This document shows, one piece after another, positions 1 to 9,229 of a DNA stretch of 64,000 nucleotides. The notes below the pieces were generated by a model. It did no database searches and was not told the DNA's origin. It was given only the letters and a program-made list of their open reading frames with translations. The first letter of the stretch is position 1, and the number at the start of each line of letters is the position of its first letter. The DNA lies in the sequence record OR544954; one strand, written 5' to 3'. The translations under genes were made by a program, and so were the position numbers. Source of the DNA: Escherichia phage vB_EcoM_EP32a.

Positions 1-1023
1 ATGGCTGAATGGATAGATAATGAATTTGCTTATCGTGCGTTTTCTCACCTACCTCGTTTTAGACAAATCAATAATTCAAGCACATTTAAATTAACATTTC
101 GATGTCCAGTTTGTGGCGACTCCCAGACAGATGCAATGAAAGCTCGCGGATGGTATTATGGCGGTACTCCTGGTAATGTACATTGCTATAATTGTCAATA
201 CCACAATACAATTTCCGGATACTTAAAAGAGTATGATGAAGAGCTTTATCGCGAATATCTAATGGAAGTTCGTAAAGAAAAAGCTAGAATGGAACCAAAG
301 ATTGAAAAGGTTCCTGAAGCTAAGCCGGAGCCAGAGAAAAAGACTATAAATTCTTTGCCGTCTTGTTCTCGTCTGGACAAGCTGCCTGAAGAGCATCCTA
401 TTGTGAAATATGTTAAGTCTCGGTGTATTCCTAAAGAATCATGGAACAGATTATGGTTCACATTAGAATGGCCTAAATTGGTCAACAAGATTCAACCCGG
501 CACATATAAGAAAGAGATTCCTGAACCACGTTTAGTGATTCCTATTTTTAATAAAGATGGTAAGGCTGAGTCATTCCAAGGACGTGCACTTCGTAAAGAT
601 GCTCCTCAGAAATATATCACTATTAAAGCGTTTGAGTCTGCAACAAAAATTTATGGTGTTGAACGTGTTAAGGAAGGAGACGTCTGGGTAATGGAAGGCC
701 CTATTGATAGTTTATTCATACCCAATGCAATCGCTATTACAGGCGGCTCAATAGATTTAGATGTGGTACCATTTAAAGAACGTCGGGTATGGGTAATGGA
801 TAATGAACCTAGGCATCCAGATACTATAGCTCGCATGAAGCGATTAGTTGATGCAGGCGAACGTGTCATGTTCTGGGACCGAGCTCCATGGAGATCAAAG
901 GACGTGAATGATATGGTAATGAAAGAAAATGCAACACCACAAGAAATTTTAGAATATATGAAACAGAATATTTCAAGTGGGTTGCATGCTAAAATGAGAT
1001 TATCTCGTTATTCTAAGATTTAG
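1..1023 (+). CDS. 61: DNA primase (T4 gp61-like)
   Basis: 340-aa ORF starting at window position 1; zinc-ribbon CPVCGDS...CYNC; N-terminus closely matches recalled T4 gp61 (WIDNEFAYRA...NNSSTFKL); synteny with gene 56. Confidence 0.85.
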   Translation: MAEWIDNEFAYRAFSHLPRFRQINNSSTFKLTFRCPVCGDSQTDAMKARGWYYGGTPGNVHCYNCQYHNTISGYLKEYDEELYREYLMEVRKEKARMEPKIEKVPEAKPEPEKKTINSLPSCSRLDKLPEEHPIVKYVKSRCIPKESWNRLWFTLEWPKLVNKIQPGTYKKEIPEPRLVIPIFNKDGKAESFQGRALRKDAPQKYITIKAFESATKIYGVERVKEGDVWVMEGPIDSLFIPNAIAITGGSIDLDVVPFKERRVWVMDNEPRHPDTIARMKRLVDAGERVMFWDRAPWRSKDVNDMVMKENATPQEILEYMKQNISSGLHAKMRLSRYSKI

Positions 1024-1217
1024 ACAAGCCCTATAATAGCAAAGGCTAAATCAACTACAGTATCCAATGGAACAGAAGGAACCATAACACCATGGGCAAC
1101 TAACAATGGTGCAATCCCGAAGTTCCATGAAATAATGCCACCTACAACTATTGCGGCGATAGCAGTTTTCTTTTTATTGCCTTTAATAGCGTTTATTAAC
1201 GATGGAAGTTTAAACAT
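1020..1217 (-). CDS. hypothetical small membrane protein, convergent to gene 61
   Basis: 65-aa ORF with two hydrophobic segments; SD TAAGGAG 5 nt upstream of ATG on minus strand; only ORF in the 61-56 gap. Confidence 0.35.
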   Translation of the reverse strand: MFKLPSLINAIKGNKKKTAIAAIVVGGIISWNFGIAPLLVAHGVMVPSVPLDTVVDLAFAIIGLV

Positions 1218-1305
1218 AATATCTCCTTAGTTACCTATTATTTATTACGCTTTATAAAATTAATGTTAGAATTAACTCTCTTATACTGAATTGAAAGGAA
1301 AAATA

Positions 1306-1827
1306 ATGGCACACTTTAACGAATGTTCACAACTTATTTCTGGTGTTGATAAAGCAGAAGAAGCTTATTTTAATGCTCTGATTCACGAAGATAAAGACCC
1401 ACTGCAGGTAATGCTTGATATGCAGAAATCTTTACAGGTTCGTTTGGCAAATGATAAGCCTGAACATAACAAACATCCTGATGAATTGGCTACTGCTGGC
1501 GATGTTGTTGATTGGCTGCGTAATCAGAAAGATTATATTGATGATGAATTCCGTGAACTGCTGACTTCACTTGGCGGTATGAGCAATGGTGAAAAAGCCG
1601 CCAGCAGTGTATGGAAGCCGTGGAAAGCACAACATGCTGAATATCGTAATCGTCGTATCGATGAACTGTCTCCTGAAGACCAGCTTGAAATTAAATTCGA
1701 GATGATTGATATTCTGCACTTCGTTCTGAACATGTTCCAAGGTCTGGGACTTTCTGCTGAAGAAATCTTTAAACTTTACTACTTGAAAAACCAACACAAC
1801 TTTGAACGCCAGGATAATGGTTACTAA
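1306..1827 (+). CDS. 56: dCTP pyrophosphatase (dCTPase/dUTPase, gp56-like)
   Basis: ATG at 1306 preceded by AAAGGAAAAA; sequence MAHFNEC...FRELLTSLG...LYYLKNQ matches recalled T4 gp56; ORF track start at 1291 is TTG. Confidence 0.85.
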   Translation: MAHFNECSQLISGVDKAEEAYFNALIHEDKDPLQVMLDMQKSLQVRLANDKPEHNKHPDELATAGDVVDWLRNQKDYIDDEFRELLTSLGGMSNGEKAASSVWKPWKAQHAEYRNRRIDELSPEDQLEIKFEMIDILHFVLNMFQGLGLSAEEIFKLYYLKNQHNFERQDNGY

Positions 1828-1833
1828 TTAAGT

Positions 1834-1841
1834 TATAAATA
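1834..1841 (+). promoter_or_regulatory. T4-type late promoter TATAAATA upstream of soc
   Basis: Exact TATAAATA 31 nt upstream of soc ATG; soc is a late capsid gene in T4. Confidence 0.6.
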
Positions 1842-1872
1842 CACCTGTAATTAAACAACAAAGGAGTTAATT

Positions 1873-2109
1873 ATGGGTGGTTACGTTAATATCAAAACCT
1901 TTACACGTCCAGCTGGTGAAGGCAAAGAAGTTAAAGGTATGGAAGTTTCTGTACCGTTTGAGATTTATTCAAACGAACATCGGATTGCAGATTCCCATTA
2001 CCAAATCTTTCCTTCTGAAAAGGCGGCATATTCTACTGTAGTTTCTGATGCAGCTGACTGGAAAACTAAGAATGCTGCAATGTTTACGCCTACACAAATA
2101 GGTGGTTAA
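1873..2109 (+). CDS. soc: small outer capsid protein Soc
   Basis: 78-aa ORF; GYVNIKTF...FPSEKAAYSTV matches recalled T4 Soc; SD AAGGAG. Confidence 0.85.
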   Translation: MGGYVNIKTFTRPAGEGKEVKGMEVSVPFEIYSNEHRIADSHYQIFPSEKAAYSTVVSDAADWKTKNAAMFTPTQIGG

Positions 2110-2116
2110 TAATTTA

Positions 2117-2143
2117 AGGAATCCTTCGGGGTTCCTTTTTTTG
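2117..2143 (+). terminator. intrinsic terminator (UUCG-loop hairpin plus U-tract)
   Basis: AGGAATCC-TTCG-GGGTTCCT stem-loop followed by TTTTTTT directly after soc stop. Confidence 0.7.
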
Positions 2144-2151
2144 TTTCTAGA

Positions 2152-2181
2152 GTTTACAACCACTAAAAACTGTGTTAAGAT
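2152..2181 (+). promoter_or_regulatory. candidate early promoter (GTTTAC -35, weak -10 TAAGAT)
   Basis: GTTTAC then 18-nt spacer then TAAGAT; weaker -10 than other copies. Confidence 0.35.
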
Positions 2182-2209
2182 ATTCTTACTTACTCAAGAG
2201 GAGAACAAT

Positions 2210-2437
2210 ATGTTAAATCATTGGATTAAACCTAATAACACATTAGGTGCGTTGATTGCTCAAGAAGTTTCGTTAAAGTATGGTCTTGGATACTATGATG
2301 ATGTTGTGGTACATTCTTTCATGATGGATGGTGAAGACGTCAAATTTAATGCCGAAATCCGTTGGGATGATGGTGGTGTTCGTTTTGTTCGAGGAACAAT
2401 TAATGCTTACGATACTGAAGAAGTTGTTTGCTGTTAA
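2210..2437 (+). CDS. hypothetical protein (75 aa)
   Basis: ATG at 2210 with SD GAGGAG; ORF track start 2102 lies upstream in promoter/terminator DNA. Confidence 0.5.
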   Translation: MLNHWIKPNNTLGALIAQEVSLKYGLGYYDDVVVHSFMMDGEDVKFNAEIRWDDGGVRFVRGTINAYDTEEVVCC

Positions 2438-2450
2438 ACCAGGCGAAGGT

Positions 2451-2636
2451 ATGATGCCTATTCCTGATACACACGAAAAAAGTTGGGAATATATCGGTGA
2501 CGGAATGATGGAAGAAGTTGTTCGTCCTAATGCTTCAAACTCTTCAAGTTATAATCATTCTTACGTATCATCCTGGTCTGGAGATTCTGGTTCAAGTTAT
2601 TCTGATTGTGATTCAAGCTCAGGGAGCTGCGAATGA
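2451..2636 (+). CDS. hypothetical Ser/Cys-rich small protein (61 aa)
   Basis: ATG at 2451 with SD GGCGAAGG; starts right after the preceding stop. Confidence 0.4.
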   Translation: MMPIPDTHEKSWEYIGDGMMEEVVRPNASNSSSYNHSYVSSWSGDSGSSYSDCDSSSGSCE

Positions 2637-2812
2637 ACAAGATAGTTAAATGGTTTAAAAGCTGGGACGACGGTGTCGGTCCAGAAGATTGGCTGGATGT
2701 TCTTGAAGAGAATATGGCTAAAGAATTCCAGAAACATGAAGAAAAGCTCGTCGAAGATGAAGGCGAACGTATTGTAAAACTTTATATGGGTGAACCATCG
2801 AGGAAATTATAA
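2633..2812 (+). CDS. hypothetical small protein (59 aa)
   Basis: ATGA overlap with preceding gene and TAATG overlap with next; below ORF-track size cutoff. Confidence 0.35.
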   Translation: MNKIVKWFKSWDDGVGPEDWLDVLEENMAKEFQKHEEKLVEDEGERIVKLYMGEPSRKL

Positions 2813-3276
2813 TGGATGCTATGTTATTTAAAATGTATTTGCTTGAAGCCAAGTCGTTTAAACATATGCCAGTGGAAGATAAGACTCCACTAGAAATAGC
2901 TATTCTCATTAACAAAAGTCTAAATAATCCGCAATATATCGTAGAAGAATTCTGCAAATTGCAGATTCCTAAAGGTTACAAAATTCGTGTAGAGCGAGTT
3001 GGAGCTATTACTCGTTCTAAAAATTCTCCGTTTAGTCTTGAAGAAGGCATAAAGGACTTAGGTTATGAATCTACGGAAAATGCCGTTTATGTGAATCCTG
3101 AAAAGCGTTTAGACTTGTTTGAAAAGCGAGACCATAAGTATTTTGCCAAAAAATACTTTATTACATCATTAGCAGATTTAATCCATTTGCAACGAGCTAT
3201 TTGGAAATTTTTTAAGACAAAAGGTGTAGCGACAGAAACATTCTCTGAACAGCCTAGTTTTTATCTCGGTGAATAA
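2812..3276 (+). CDS. hypothetical protein (154 aa), position of T4 mrh
   Basis: Uninterrupted ORF translationally coupled to neighbours; assignment by synteny only. Confidence 0.5.
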   Translation: MDAMLFKMYLLEAKSFKHMPVEDKTPLEIAILINKSLNNPQYIVEEFCKLQIPKGYKIRVERVGAITRSKNSPFSLEEGIKDLGYESTENAVYVNPEKRLDLFEKRDHKYFAKKYFITSLADLIHLQRAIWKFFKTKGVATETFSEQPSFYLGE

Positions 3277-3457
3277 TATGGACTTGATGAGTATGTTTGA
3301 CGAGCCTGAAGTTGAGGCTCCTAAAGTGCATCGTAGTGAACTTGTTGATGAACTAGATAGTATTATACAACGACACGGCTTTAGTTTACCTGTTGAAGCC
3401 CTGAAAGACCTTGCCTCTTATTATGACGACCCTCCACCATGGAGTCCTTGGAAATGA
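3269..3457 (+). CDS. hypothetical acidic small protein (62 aa)
   Basis: ORF overlapping upstream gene by 8 nt. Confidence 0.4.
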   Translation: MNNMDLMSMFDEPEVEAPKVHRSELVDELDSIIQRHGFSLPVEALKDLASYYDDPPPWSPWK

Positions 3458-3618
3458 AAGAGAAATTGAAAGAGAAATTCTTACTAGAAATCAAGGAAAA
3501 AGACTTTGAGACATGGTATCGAATGGTGAAAGGGTTGACATTGCTTTTTAAAGCATCGTTATTCATGTTAGAACAACCTGGCCCTGATGGTCCTTTAGTA
3601 GGAAAGCTTAAAAAGTAG
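3454..3618 (+). CDS. hypothetical small protein (54 aa)
   Basis: ATGA overlap with preceding ORF; lysine-rich N-terminus. Confidence 0.3.
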   Translation: MKEKLKEKFLLEIKEKDFETWYRMVKGLTLLFKASLFMLEQPGPDGPLVGKLKK

Positions 3619-3646
3619 TTTACATTCCCTCCTCTCGTGTTATGAT
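3618..3646 (+). promoter_or_regulatory. T4-type early promoter (GTTTAC-N17-TATGAT)
   Basis: GTTTAC and TATGAT with 17-nt spacer, 28 nt upstream of the first mod-like gene. Confidence 0.55.
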
Positions 3647-3673
3647 AGGCTTATCTTTAAATGGAGGTCTATC

Positions 3674-4255
3674 ATGACATGTCAATCTGAACTTCAAGAA
3701 CGTGAATACCTAACAAATCTGATTGATAGCAAATTCACCCGCCAAGAACAAAACATTCTCTGGGCTTGCACCGATTCTAAGGAAGACCCGGATTTCCACT
3801 ATGAATTAGACCATCTTGTTCGTAAGCATATGACTTCTACAGTACCAGTAGAACTCTACCGCGGTGTAACTCCAGAAGAAGTAGAACGTCTTTCACTTCT
3901 TTCTGTTGGATGCCATTGGTCTCCTGGACGAGTAACATCGTTCACAACTGATTTCAGTACAGCTCGTCAATTCTCCGGGAGATGGGAATATCAGACGTAC
4001 ACTATTCTTAGTCTCAGGAATGCTCCATTCATTTTTGATTACTACCAAAACATGGTTAACATTGTACTTGCCGGAAAGAACCCTAAGCATGTTATGGAAG
4101 AAAAGCGTGTTGACGTCCTAGATATGATTGAATCTGAACAAGAGTACATGGTCTCAGGTATCTCTAGATTTGAGATTGTGGAAATTGAAGACTTAGAATA
4201 TGACCCTTTATCTCGATTATACAAAATCATTCATTTGAAAATGTTGAATTTTTAG
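3674..4255 (+). CDS. ADP-ribosyltransferase, ModA/ModB family
   Basis: R-S-ExE triad: LYRG, SFTTD, ESEQE; size and synteny (between soc and dda) match T4 modB/modA. Confidence 0.7.
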   Translation: MTCQSELQEREYLTNLIDSKFTRQEQNILWACTDSKEDPDFHYELDHLVRKHMTSTVPVELYRGVTPEEVERLSLLSVGCHWSPGRVTSFTTDFSTARQFSGRWEYQTYTILSLRNAPFIFDYYQNMVNIVLAGKNPKHVMEEKRVDVLDMIESEQEYMVSGISRFEIVEIEDLEYDPLSRLYKIIHLKMLNF

Positions 4256-4284
4256 TGTACAAACTCTTCCGATGATGATACTAT
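4255..4284 (+). promoter_or_regulatory. T4-type early promoter (GTGTAC-N18-TACTAT)
   Basis: -35/-10 pair between the two mod paralogs. Confidence 0.5.
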
Positions 4285-4312
4285 ACCTTTATCAACCACA
4301 GGAGAAACCTAA

Positions 4313-4921
4313 ATGTTTATGCCGTATAACGAGTGTGAAATTGAAGAAATGGTTCGTCGTGCTCAAAACCCCGAATATCAAGATGTATTGCAGTACGAAA
4401 TTGATAGTCAATTCAGCGACATTGAACAAAGTGTACTGTGGCAGTGTATGGAAAACAAGCCAGACTGTATTCAACAGGAGTTAAGTTCAATCGTTCGTAG
4501 AAATTGGACGTCTTCTGTTCCTGAGACAATGTATCGTGGAATCTCTAAGAAAACTATGGCTACGCTCCAAGATAAAGGTGTTGGTAGTATTATTAAATTT
4601 GACAGAGTAATGAGCTTCAGCCCAGTGTTCGGTGTAGCACGTAACTTTGCTTCGTATAATTTTTACGGAACATTTAATATGTTCTGCGTCAAAGATGCAC
4701 CATTTGCTTTCAACTTCCGTGAACATATGCTTAATATGATTCTGGCTGCGCCATCTTGTGAGTTCAATGGAGCTTTCCCTGAAGCGACAAGACGGTCTAA
4801 TGCTAGACTTATATCTGACGAATGTGAATTTATGCTCCCTATAGGGACTACACTGCGTGTAGATTCTATTATTCAGGATGGACGTTATACAATCTGGAAT
4901 CTGTCTATTGTCAGTTACTGA
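4313..4921 (+). CDS. ADP-ribosyltransferase, ModA/ModB family (second paralog)
   Basis: R-S-ExE triad: MYRG, SFSP, ECE; tandem paralog of the preceding gene. Confidence 0.7.
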   Translation: MFMPYNECEIEEMVRRAQNPEYQDVLQYEIDSQFSDIEQSVLWQCMENKPDCIQQELSSIVRRNWTSSVPETMYRGISKKTMATLQDKGVGSIIKFDRVMSFSPVFGVARNFASYNFYGTFNMFCVKDAPFAFNFREHMLNMILAAPSCEFNGAFPEATRRSNARLISDECEFMLPIGTTLRVDSIIQDGRYTIWNLSIVSY

Positions 4922-4995
4922 CTGAATTGGAATAACCGGATGGAACTCAGAACCATTATAACACATAAAAAATTAAAGCATTTTATGAAAAAAGA

Positions 4996-5024
4996 GTGTA
5001 CACTACCTGAGGGCATGATATTAT
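4996..5024 (+). promoter_or_regulatory. T4-type early promoter (GTGTAC-N17-TATTAT)
   Basis: -35/-10 pair 50 nt upstream of the srd-like ORF. Confidence 0.5.
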
Positions 5025-5074
5025 AGACTTATCAGCTAAATGACCTTAACGTCCGTAAGACAGAGGAAAATATT

Positions 5075-5821
5075 ATGTTATCAAATAATAAAATTAACAA
5101 AATCAATCGTCGTCTTGACCACACTAGAGCTTCTGCGAAGAGACGCTCTAAGGATTTTAACTTAGACTTTAATTACCTTAAAAACATTCTTGATCAAAAG
5201 GTCTGCGCTTACTCAGGTGAATCTTTTAATAACTCTGTTGAAGGTGAGAAATTATCCTTAGAACGTTTTAATAATGATATAGGCTACATTAAAGGTAATG
5301 TTATCCCAGTTAAGAAAAAATATAACACGGCTCGTTCTGATTTAACACTAGAAGAACTTATTGAGAAACGTGACGCTGTTGCAAGACGTATTGCTAATCC
5401 TTCTGTCCGTAAAGTAGAGAAACTTAATCTCGACGAGAAGAAATGGGCCCAAATTAAAAATGTTTATGGTACTATTTTAAAAATCCGAGCAAAACGTGAA
5501 AATCGTGTTAAGCATATGGCGAACATGATGAAAAATCAACCTTTATCTAACGAATCTAAACTTAGAATTGTTGCTTTAAAAGCACGCATTAATGGCTCAC
5601 ATCAAGCAGAAGGCCATGAACTTACTAAACTCAACGTTCTTCTTAAAGGTTCTGACTGGAAAACTAAAACTAAATTAACTGACGCTGAATCGCTTTTCGA
5701 TACGTATGATAAAGTTATCCAAGGTCTGCAACGTTTTGAAAAGATTGGTTTCATTGGTAAATTAAAATTGAAACGTGGCTTACCACTTAGCGCATCATTA
5801 TTCCAACTGATTAAAGGTTAA
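5075..5821 (+). CDS. hypothetical protein, Srd-like by position (248 aa)
   Basis: Basic 248-aa ORF between mod genes and dda; size and synteny match T4 srd; no motif confirmation. Confidence 0.45.
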   Translation: MLSNNKINKINRRLDHTRASAKRRSKDFNLDFNYLKNILDQKVCAYSGESFNNSVEGEKLSLERFNNDIGYIKGNVIPVKKKYNTARSDLTLEELIEKRDAVARRIANPSVRKVEKLNLDEKKWAQIKNVYGTILKIRAKRENRVKHMANMMKNQPLSNESKLRIVALKARINGSHQAEGHELTKLNVLLKGSDWKTKTKLTDAESLFDTYDKVIQGLQRFEKIGFIGKLKLKRGLPLSASLFQLIKG

Positions 5822-5823
5822 TT

Positions 5824-6135
5824 ATGGTTTATGTATATGCAATAGTTTATCGAGATATGGAAGGATTTACTGTCCCGGTTCCACTTGATGAGCATCGTCC
5901 TGCAGTATTTTTTAGAAAGGATGTTGCAGATAAAGTTTTCGATACTTTGAAAACACAGTATAAAACAGATTTAAAAATGGGAGCTCTAAGAATGGTCGAA
6001 ACTCCGCGTAAGTTCTGGTTTAATAAGCTTGAAATGAAGCACGTTAAACTAGATGCGGAGACGCAAAGATTGTATCAACGAATCCTGGACACAGGCCGTA
6101 TTGTTAGTATTCCAATTGCAGGGACTTTACGATGA
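5824..6135 (+). CDS. hypothetical protein (dda.1 position, 103 aa)
   Basis: ORF coupled to dda by ATGA overlap. Confidence 0.5.
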   Translation: MVYVYAIVYRDMEGFTVPVPLDEHRPAVFFRKDVADKVFDTLKTQYKTDLKMGALRMVETPRKFWFNKLEMKHVKLDAETQRLYQRILDTGRIVSIPIAGTLR

Positions 6136-7445
6136 CATTTGATGATTTGACCGAAGGCCAGAAAAACGCCTTCAACGTTGTTATGAAAGCTATTAAAGAA
6201 AAGAAACATCACGTAACTATTAATGGGCCTGCTGGTACAGGTAAAACAACCCTTACTAGATTCATCGTTGAAGCCCTTATTTCTTCTGGAGAATCAGGTA
6301 TTATTTTAGCAGCCCCTACACATGCTGCTAAAAAGGTTCTAAGCAAACTTGCAGGTCAAGAAGCATCGACTATTCATAGCATTCTTAAAATCAACCCAAC
6401 TACATACGAAGAAAACGTATTGTTTGAACAGAAAAAGGTTCCTGACTTAGCCTTGTGTCGTGTACTGTTATTTGATGAAGCGTCAATGTGTGACCGTTCT
6501 CTGTTTAAAATAATGTTAGCTAGTATCCCTAAATGGTGTACAGTAATTGGAATCGGCGACCGATGCCAGATTCGTCCGGTAGACCCAGGCGAATCAACTG
6601 CGTATCTAAGTCCTTTCTTCACTCACAAAGACTTCGTGCAATGCAACCTTACAGAAGTTAAACGTAGCAATGCACCAATTATTGATGTTGCGACTGATAT
6701 TCGTAATGGCAAATGGATTTACGATAAAGTAGTTGATGGGCACGGCGTTCATGGATATACAGACCTTAAATCGTATATGATGAACTATTTTAACGTCGTT
6801 AAAACTCCTGAAGACCTTTTCGAAAATCGAATGATGGCATTCACAAATAAGTCGGTGGACAAGTTAAATTCAATTATTCGCCGAAAACTTCTTGAAACAG
6901 AAAAACCATTTATTAAAGACGAAGTCATTGTTCTACAAGAGCCATTTACTAAGACATATAATCTAGACGGTAAAAATATGACCGAAATGCTTTTCAATAA
7001 TGGGCAATTTGTTCGTATTCGAGATGCTGTAGAAACGTCTACATTCGTTAAAGCACGTGGTGTTTCAGGCGAATATATGATACGATACTGGAATCTTACA
7101 GTAGAAACATATGGTGATGATGAAGAATACGTCCGAGAGGATATAAAGGTTATTTCTTCCGAAGAAGAGCTTTATAAATTCAATTTGTTTTTGGCTAAGA
7201 CCGCAGAAACATACAAATTTTGGAATAAAGGTGGTAAAGCTCCATGGAGCGAATTCTGGGATGCTAAACGTATGTTCACTAAGGTGAAGGCACTACCGGT
7301 ATCAACCTTCCATAAGGCCCAGGGTATGTCTGTTGACACAGCCTTTGTTTATACACCGTGTATCCATTATGCCGATTCAGAATTAGCCAAACAATTACTA
7401 TATGTCGGCACAACTCGTGGTCGGTTTGACGTCCATTTTATTTGA
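6132..7445 (+). CDS. dda: DNA helicase Dda (SF1B)
   Basis: 437 aa; Walker A GPAGTGKTT; size and synteny match T4 Dda. Confidence 0.9.
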   Translation: MTFDDLTEGQKNAFNVVMKAIKEKKHHVTINGPAGTGKTTLTRFIVEALISSGESGIILAAPTHAAKKVLSKLAGQEASTIHSILKINPTTYEENVLFEQKKVPDLALCRVLLFDEASMCDRSLFKIMLASIPKWCTVIGIGDRCQIRPVDPGESTAYLSPFFTHKDFVQCNLTEVKRSNAPIIDVATDIRNGKWIYDKVVDGHGVHGYTDLKSYMMNYFNVVKTPEDLFENRMMAFTNKSVDKLNSIIRRKLLETEKPFIKDEVIVLQEPFTKTYNLDGKNMTEMLFNNGQFVRIRDAVETSTFVKARGVSGEYMIRYWNLTVETYGDDEEYVREDIKVISSEEELYKFNLFLAKTAETYKFWNKGGKAPWSEFWDAKRMFTKVKALPVSTFHKAQGMSVDTAFVYTPCIHYADSELAKQLLYVGTTRGRFDVHFI

Positions 7446-7454
7446 GAGAAAATT

Positions 7455-8132
7455 ATGAGCACTGATGTTATTATAGATTTTGAAACATTCGGCAATACAT
7501 CAAAAGCGGCTGTTATTGATCTTGCGGTTATTGCATATAATTCTGACCCTGAAGTCGTTGAATCATTTGAAGAACTTGTTCAACGAGGTAAGCGAATTAA
7601 ATTTAATTTAGCTTCTCAGAAAGGGAAGCGAGTTTTCGCTAAATCCACTATGAAATGGTGGAAAGAACAATCGGCTGAAGCACGTAAAAACTTGGCCCCG
7701 TCTGAAGACGATGTCACTACGCTTGAAGGCATTAAAATCTTTTTAGATTATTGCCGAGCTAATAAAGTTGACCAATGGAAATCACAGATGTGGTGCCGTG
7801 GTATGAGCTTTGACTTCCCGATCTTGGTCGATTTGATTCGTGACCTCTATCGTGATGAAGGTGTTCTTGAACCAGAGATTGATACTGATAAATTAGAACC
7901 GGTTAAATTCTGGGCTCAACGCGATATTCGTACGGCAATCGAAGCTTACTCGTTGACACGAGGATTAAGTATGTGTCCATTACCAATGGGTACACTAAAA
8001 GGATTCGTTGCCCATGATAGTGTTCATGATTGTGCTAAAGATATTTTGATGTTAAAATATGCTCAGCGTTATGCGCTTGGCCTTGAAGATGTCCCTGAGA
8101 ATCCTGACCCGTTAAGTGTAAAACAGCGATAA
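7455..8132 (+). CDS. dexA: exonuclease A (DexA)
   Basis: 225 aa; N-terminal IIDFETFG DEDD-type exonuclease motif; synteny after dda. Confidence 0.85.
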   Translation: MSTDVIIDFETFGNTSKAAVIDLAVIAYNSDPEVVESFEELVQRGKRIKFNLASQKGKRVFAKSTMKWWKEQSAEARKNLAPSEDDVTTLEGIKIFLDYCRANKVDQWKSQMWCRGMSFDFPILVDLIRDLYRDEGVLEPEIDTDKLEPVKFWAQRDIRTAIEAYSLTRGLSMCPLPMGTLKGFVAHDSVHDCAKDILMLKYAQRYALGLEDVPENPDPLSVKQR

Positions 8133-8137
8133 AACCA

Positions 8138-8167
8138 GTTTACAACCAAGGATGGTTGTAGTATAAT
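8138..8167 (+). promoter_or_regulatory. T4-type early promoter (GTTTAC-N18-TATAAT)
   Basis: Consensus -35 and perfect -10 upstream of ORF 8199. Confidence 0.6.
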
Positions 8168-8198
8168 CTTTCTATCTTAACTAAACAGGAAAAACATT

Positions 8199-8693
8199 AT
8201 GAATATCAATACTACGGCTACTTACATCCTGAAAGACGAAAAACAAATCAACTGGTATGGTGCTTCAGTGCGAGCTTATGAAAAGTTTTGTGAAATTTTA
8301 AGTGCCACTCAAGGTAATAGTTTCACTATTGTTAACTTCATCAAACAAGCTGAAGGCCCTTGGTTATTCTTAGAAATTAAAAATTCACACGGTACAATTT
8401 CTACTACCGCCCTTCCAAGCACTGACTTTGAACTGTTGATTGAAGAAGTAGCACCTGTTAAAGACATCTGTATTGATATGGATATCGCTTGTATGTACGG
8501 TACTCTGATTAAGCCTATTGAGCCTACTGATTTGTTGTGTAAAGCTGTTTCAATTCGACGCCCATTCGCAGGTCCAGTAAATGGATGGGTAACTGACCAA
8601 TGGATTGAAGACGGTGTTGAACTTCTGAACGTTGTTCATGCAGGTGATTTTAGTGTAGTTCCACGTAGTGCTGTGGTTAATATCCTTAATTAA
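8199..8693 (+). CDS. hypothetical protein, paralog family member A (164 aa)
   Basis: C-terminal GWVTDQWIEDGVELLNVVHAGDFSVVP shared with the next two ORFs. Confidence 0.6.
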   Translation: MNINTTATYILKDEKQINWYGASVRAYEKFCEILSATQGNSFTIVNFIKQAEGPWLFLEIKNSHGTISTTALPSTDFELLIEEVAPVKDICIDMDIACMYGTLIKPIEPTDLLCKAVSIRRPFAGPVNGWVTDQWIEDGVELLNVVHAGDFSVVPRSAVVNILN

Positions 8694-8695
8694 TG

Positions 8696-8725
8696 TTGTA
8701 CATCCAAGGAAGGATGGAGTATAAT
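8696..8725 (+). promoter_or_regulatory. T4-type early promoter (TTGTAC-N18-TATAAT)
   Basis: -35/-10 pair immediately upstream of paralog B. Confidence 0.55.
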
Positions 8726-8755
8726 GAATTCAACTTAAACAAAGAGAGAGAAATT

Positions 8756-9220
8756 ATGATTACTATTGGTGAAATTAAGCGTGTATCGTCTGCATCTCGT
8801 TCTAAAGCTGCAGGAAAGCTGGTTGAAGTAGTAGGACTTCGTACTAATGGCATGGGCCGTATTAAAGAAGTTAAAGTTCGAATCATTCCTAGTTCTGGAA
8901 AAACTGAAACTCAGTTCGCCTATGTAAGTCCTAAATTCTTGGAAACTCGTGTAAGTGCCCACTTTGCTTCAAGCGATATCGTTGAGCCTACTATACAGTT
9001 CAAATGGGCCTTGTGTAAAGGTGTTGAATTCCAGACTGATAAAGAATTTGACTTCATCGATGAATACGGTTATCCAAGCAAAACTGATACTATGTGTGGC
9101 TTCATTAGTGACCAATGGGTTGAAGATGGTGAAAAGTTATACAATATCGTATTCTTAGGTGACTTCCGAGTTGTTAAAGAATCTGAAATCACTCGCTATG
9201 TGTCTCCTCGTAAAGCTTAA
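8756..9220 (+). CDS. hypothetical protein, paralog family member B (154 aa)
   Basis: ATG at 8756 with SD AGAGAGAGA; shares SRSKAAGKLVEV and GFISDQWVEDG motifs with neighbours. Confidence 0.6.
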   Translation: MITIGEIKRVSSASRSKAAGKLVEVVGLRTNGMGRIKEVKVRIIPSSGKTETQFAYVSPKFLETRVSAHFASSDIVEPTIQFKWALCKGVEFQTDKEFDFIDEYGYPSKTDTMCGFISDQWVEDGEKLYNIVFLGDFRVVKESEITRYVSPRKA

Positions 9221-9229
9221 GGAATTATT

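Noticed and set aside
246-488. Antisense ORFs inside well-supported genes (e.g. 246-488 in gene 61, 15896-16318 in rIIA, 35565-36035 in gene 32, 57033-57350 in alt)
   Set aside because: They lie fully within strongly supported coding regions on the opposite strand, lack SD sequences and have low-complexity composition
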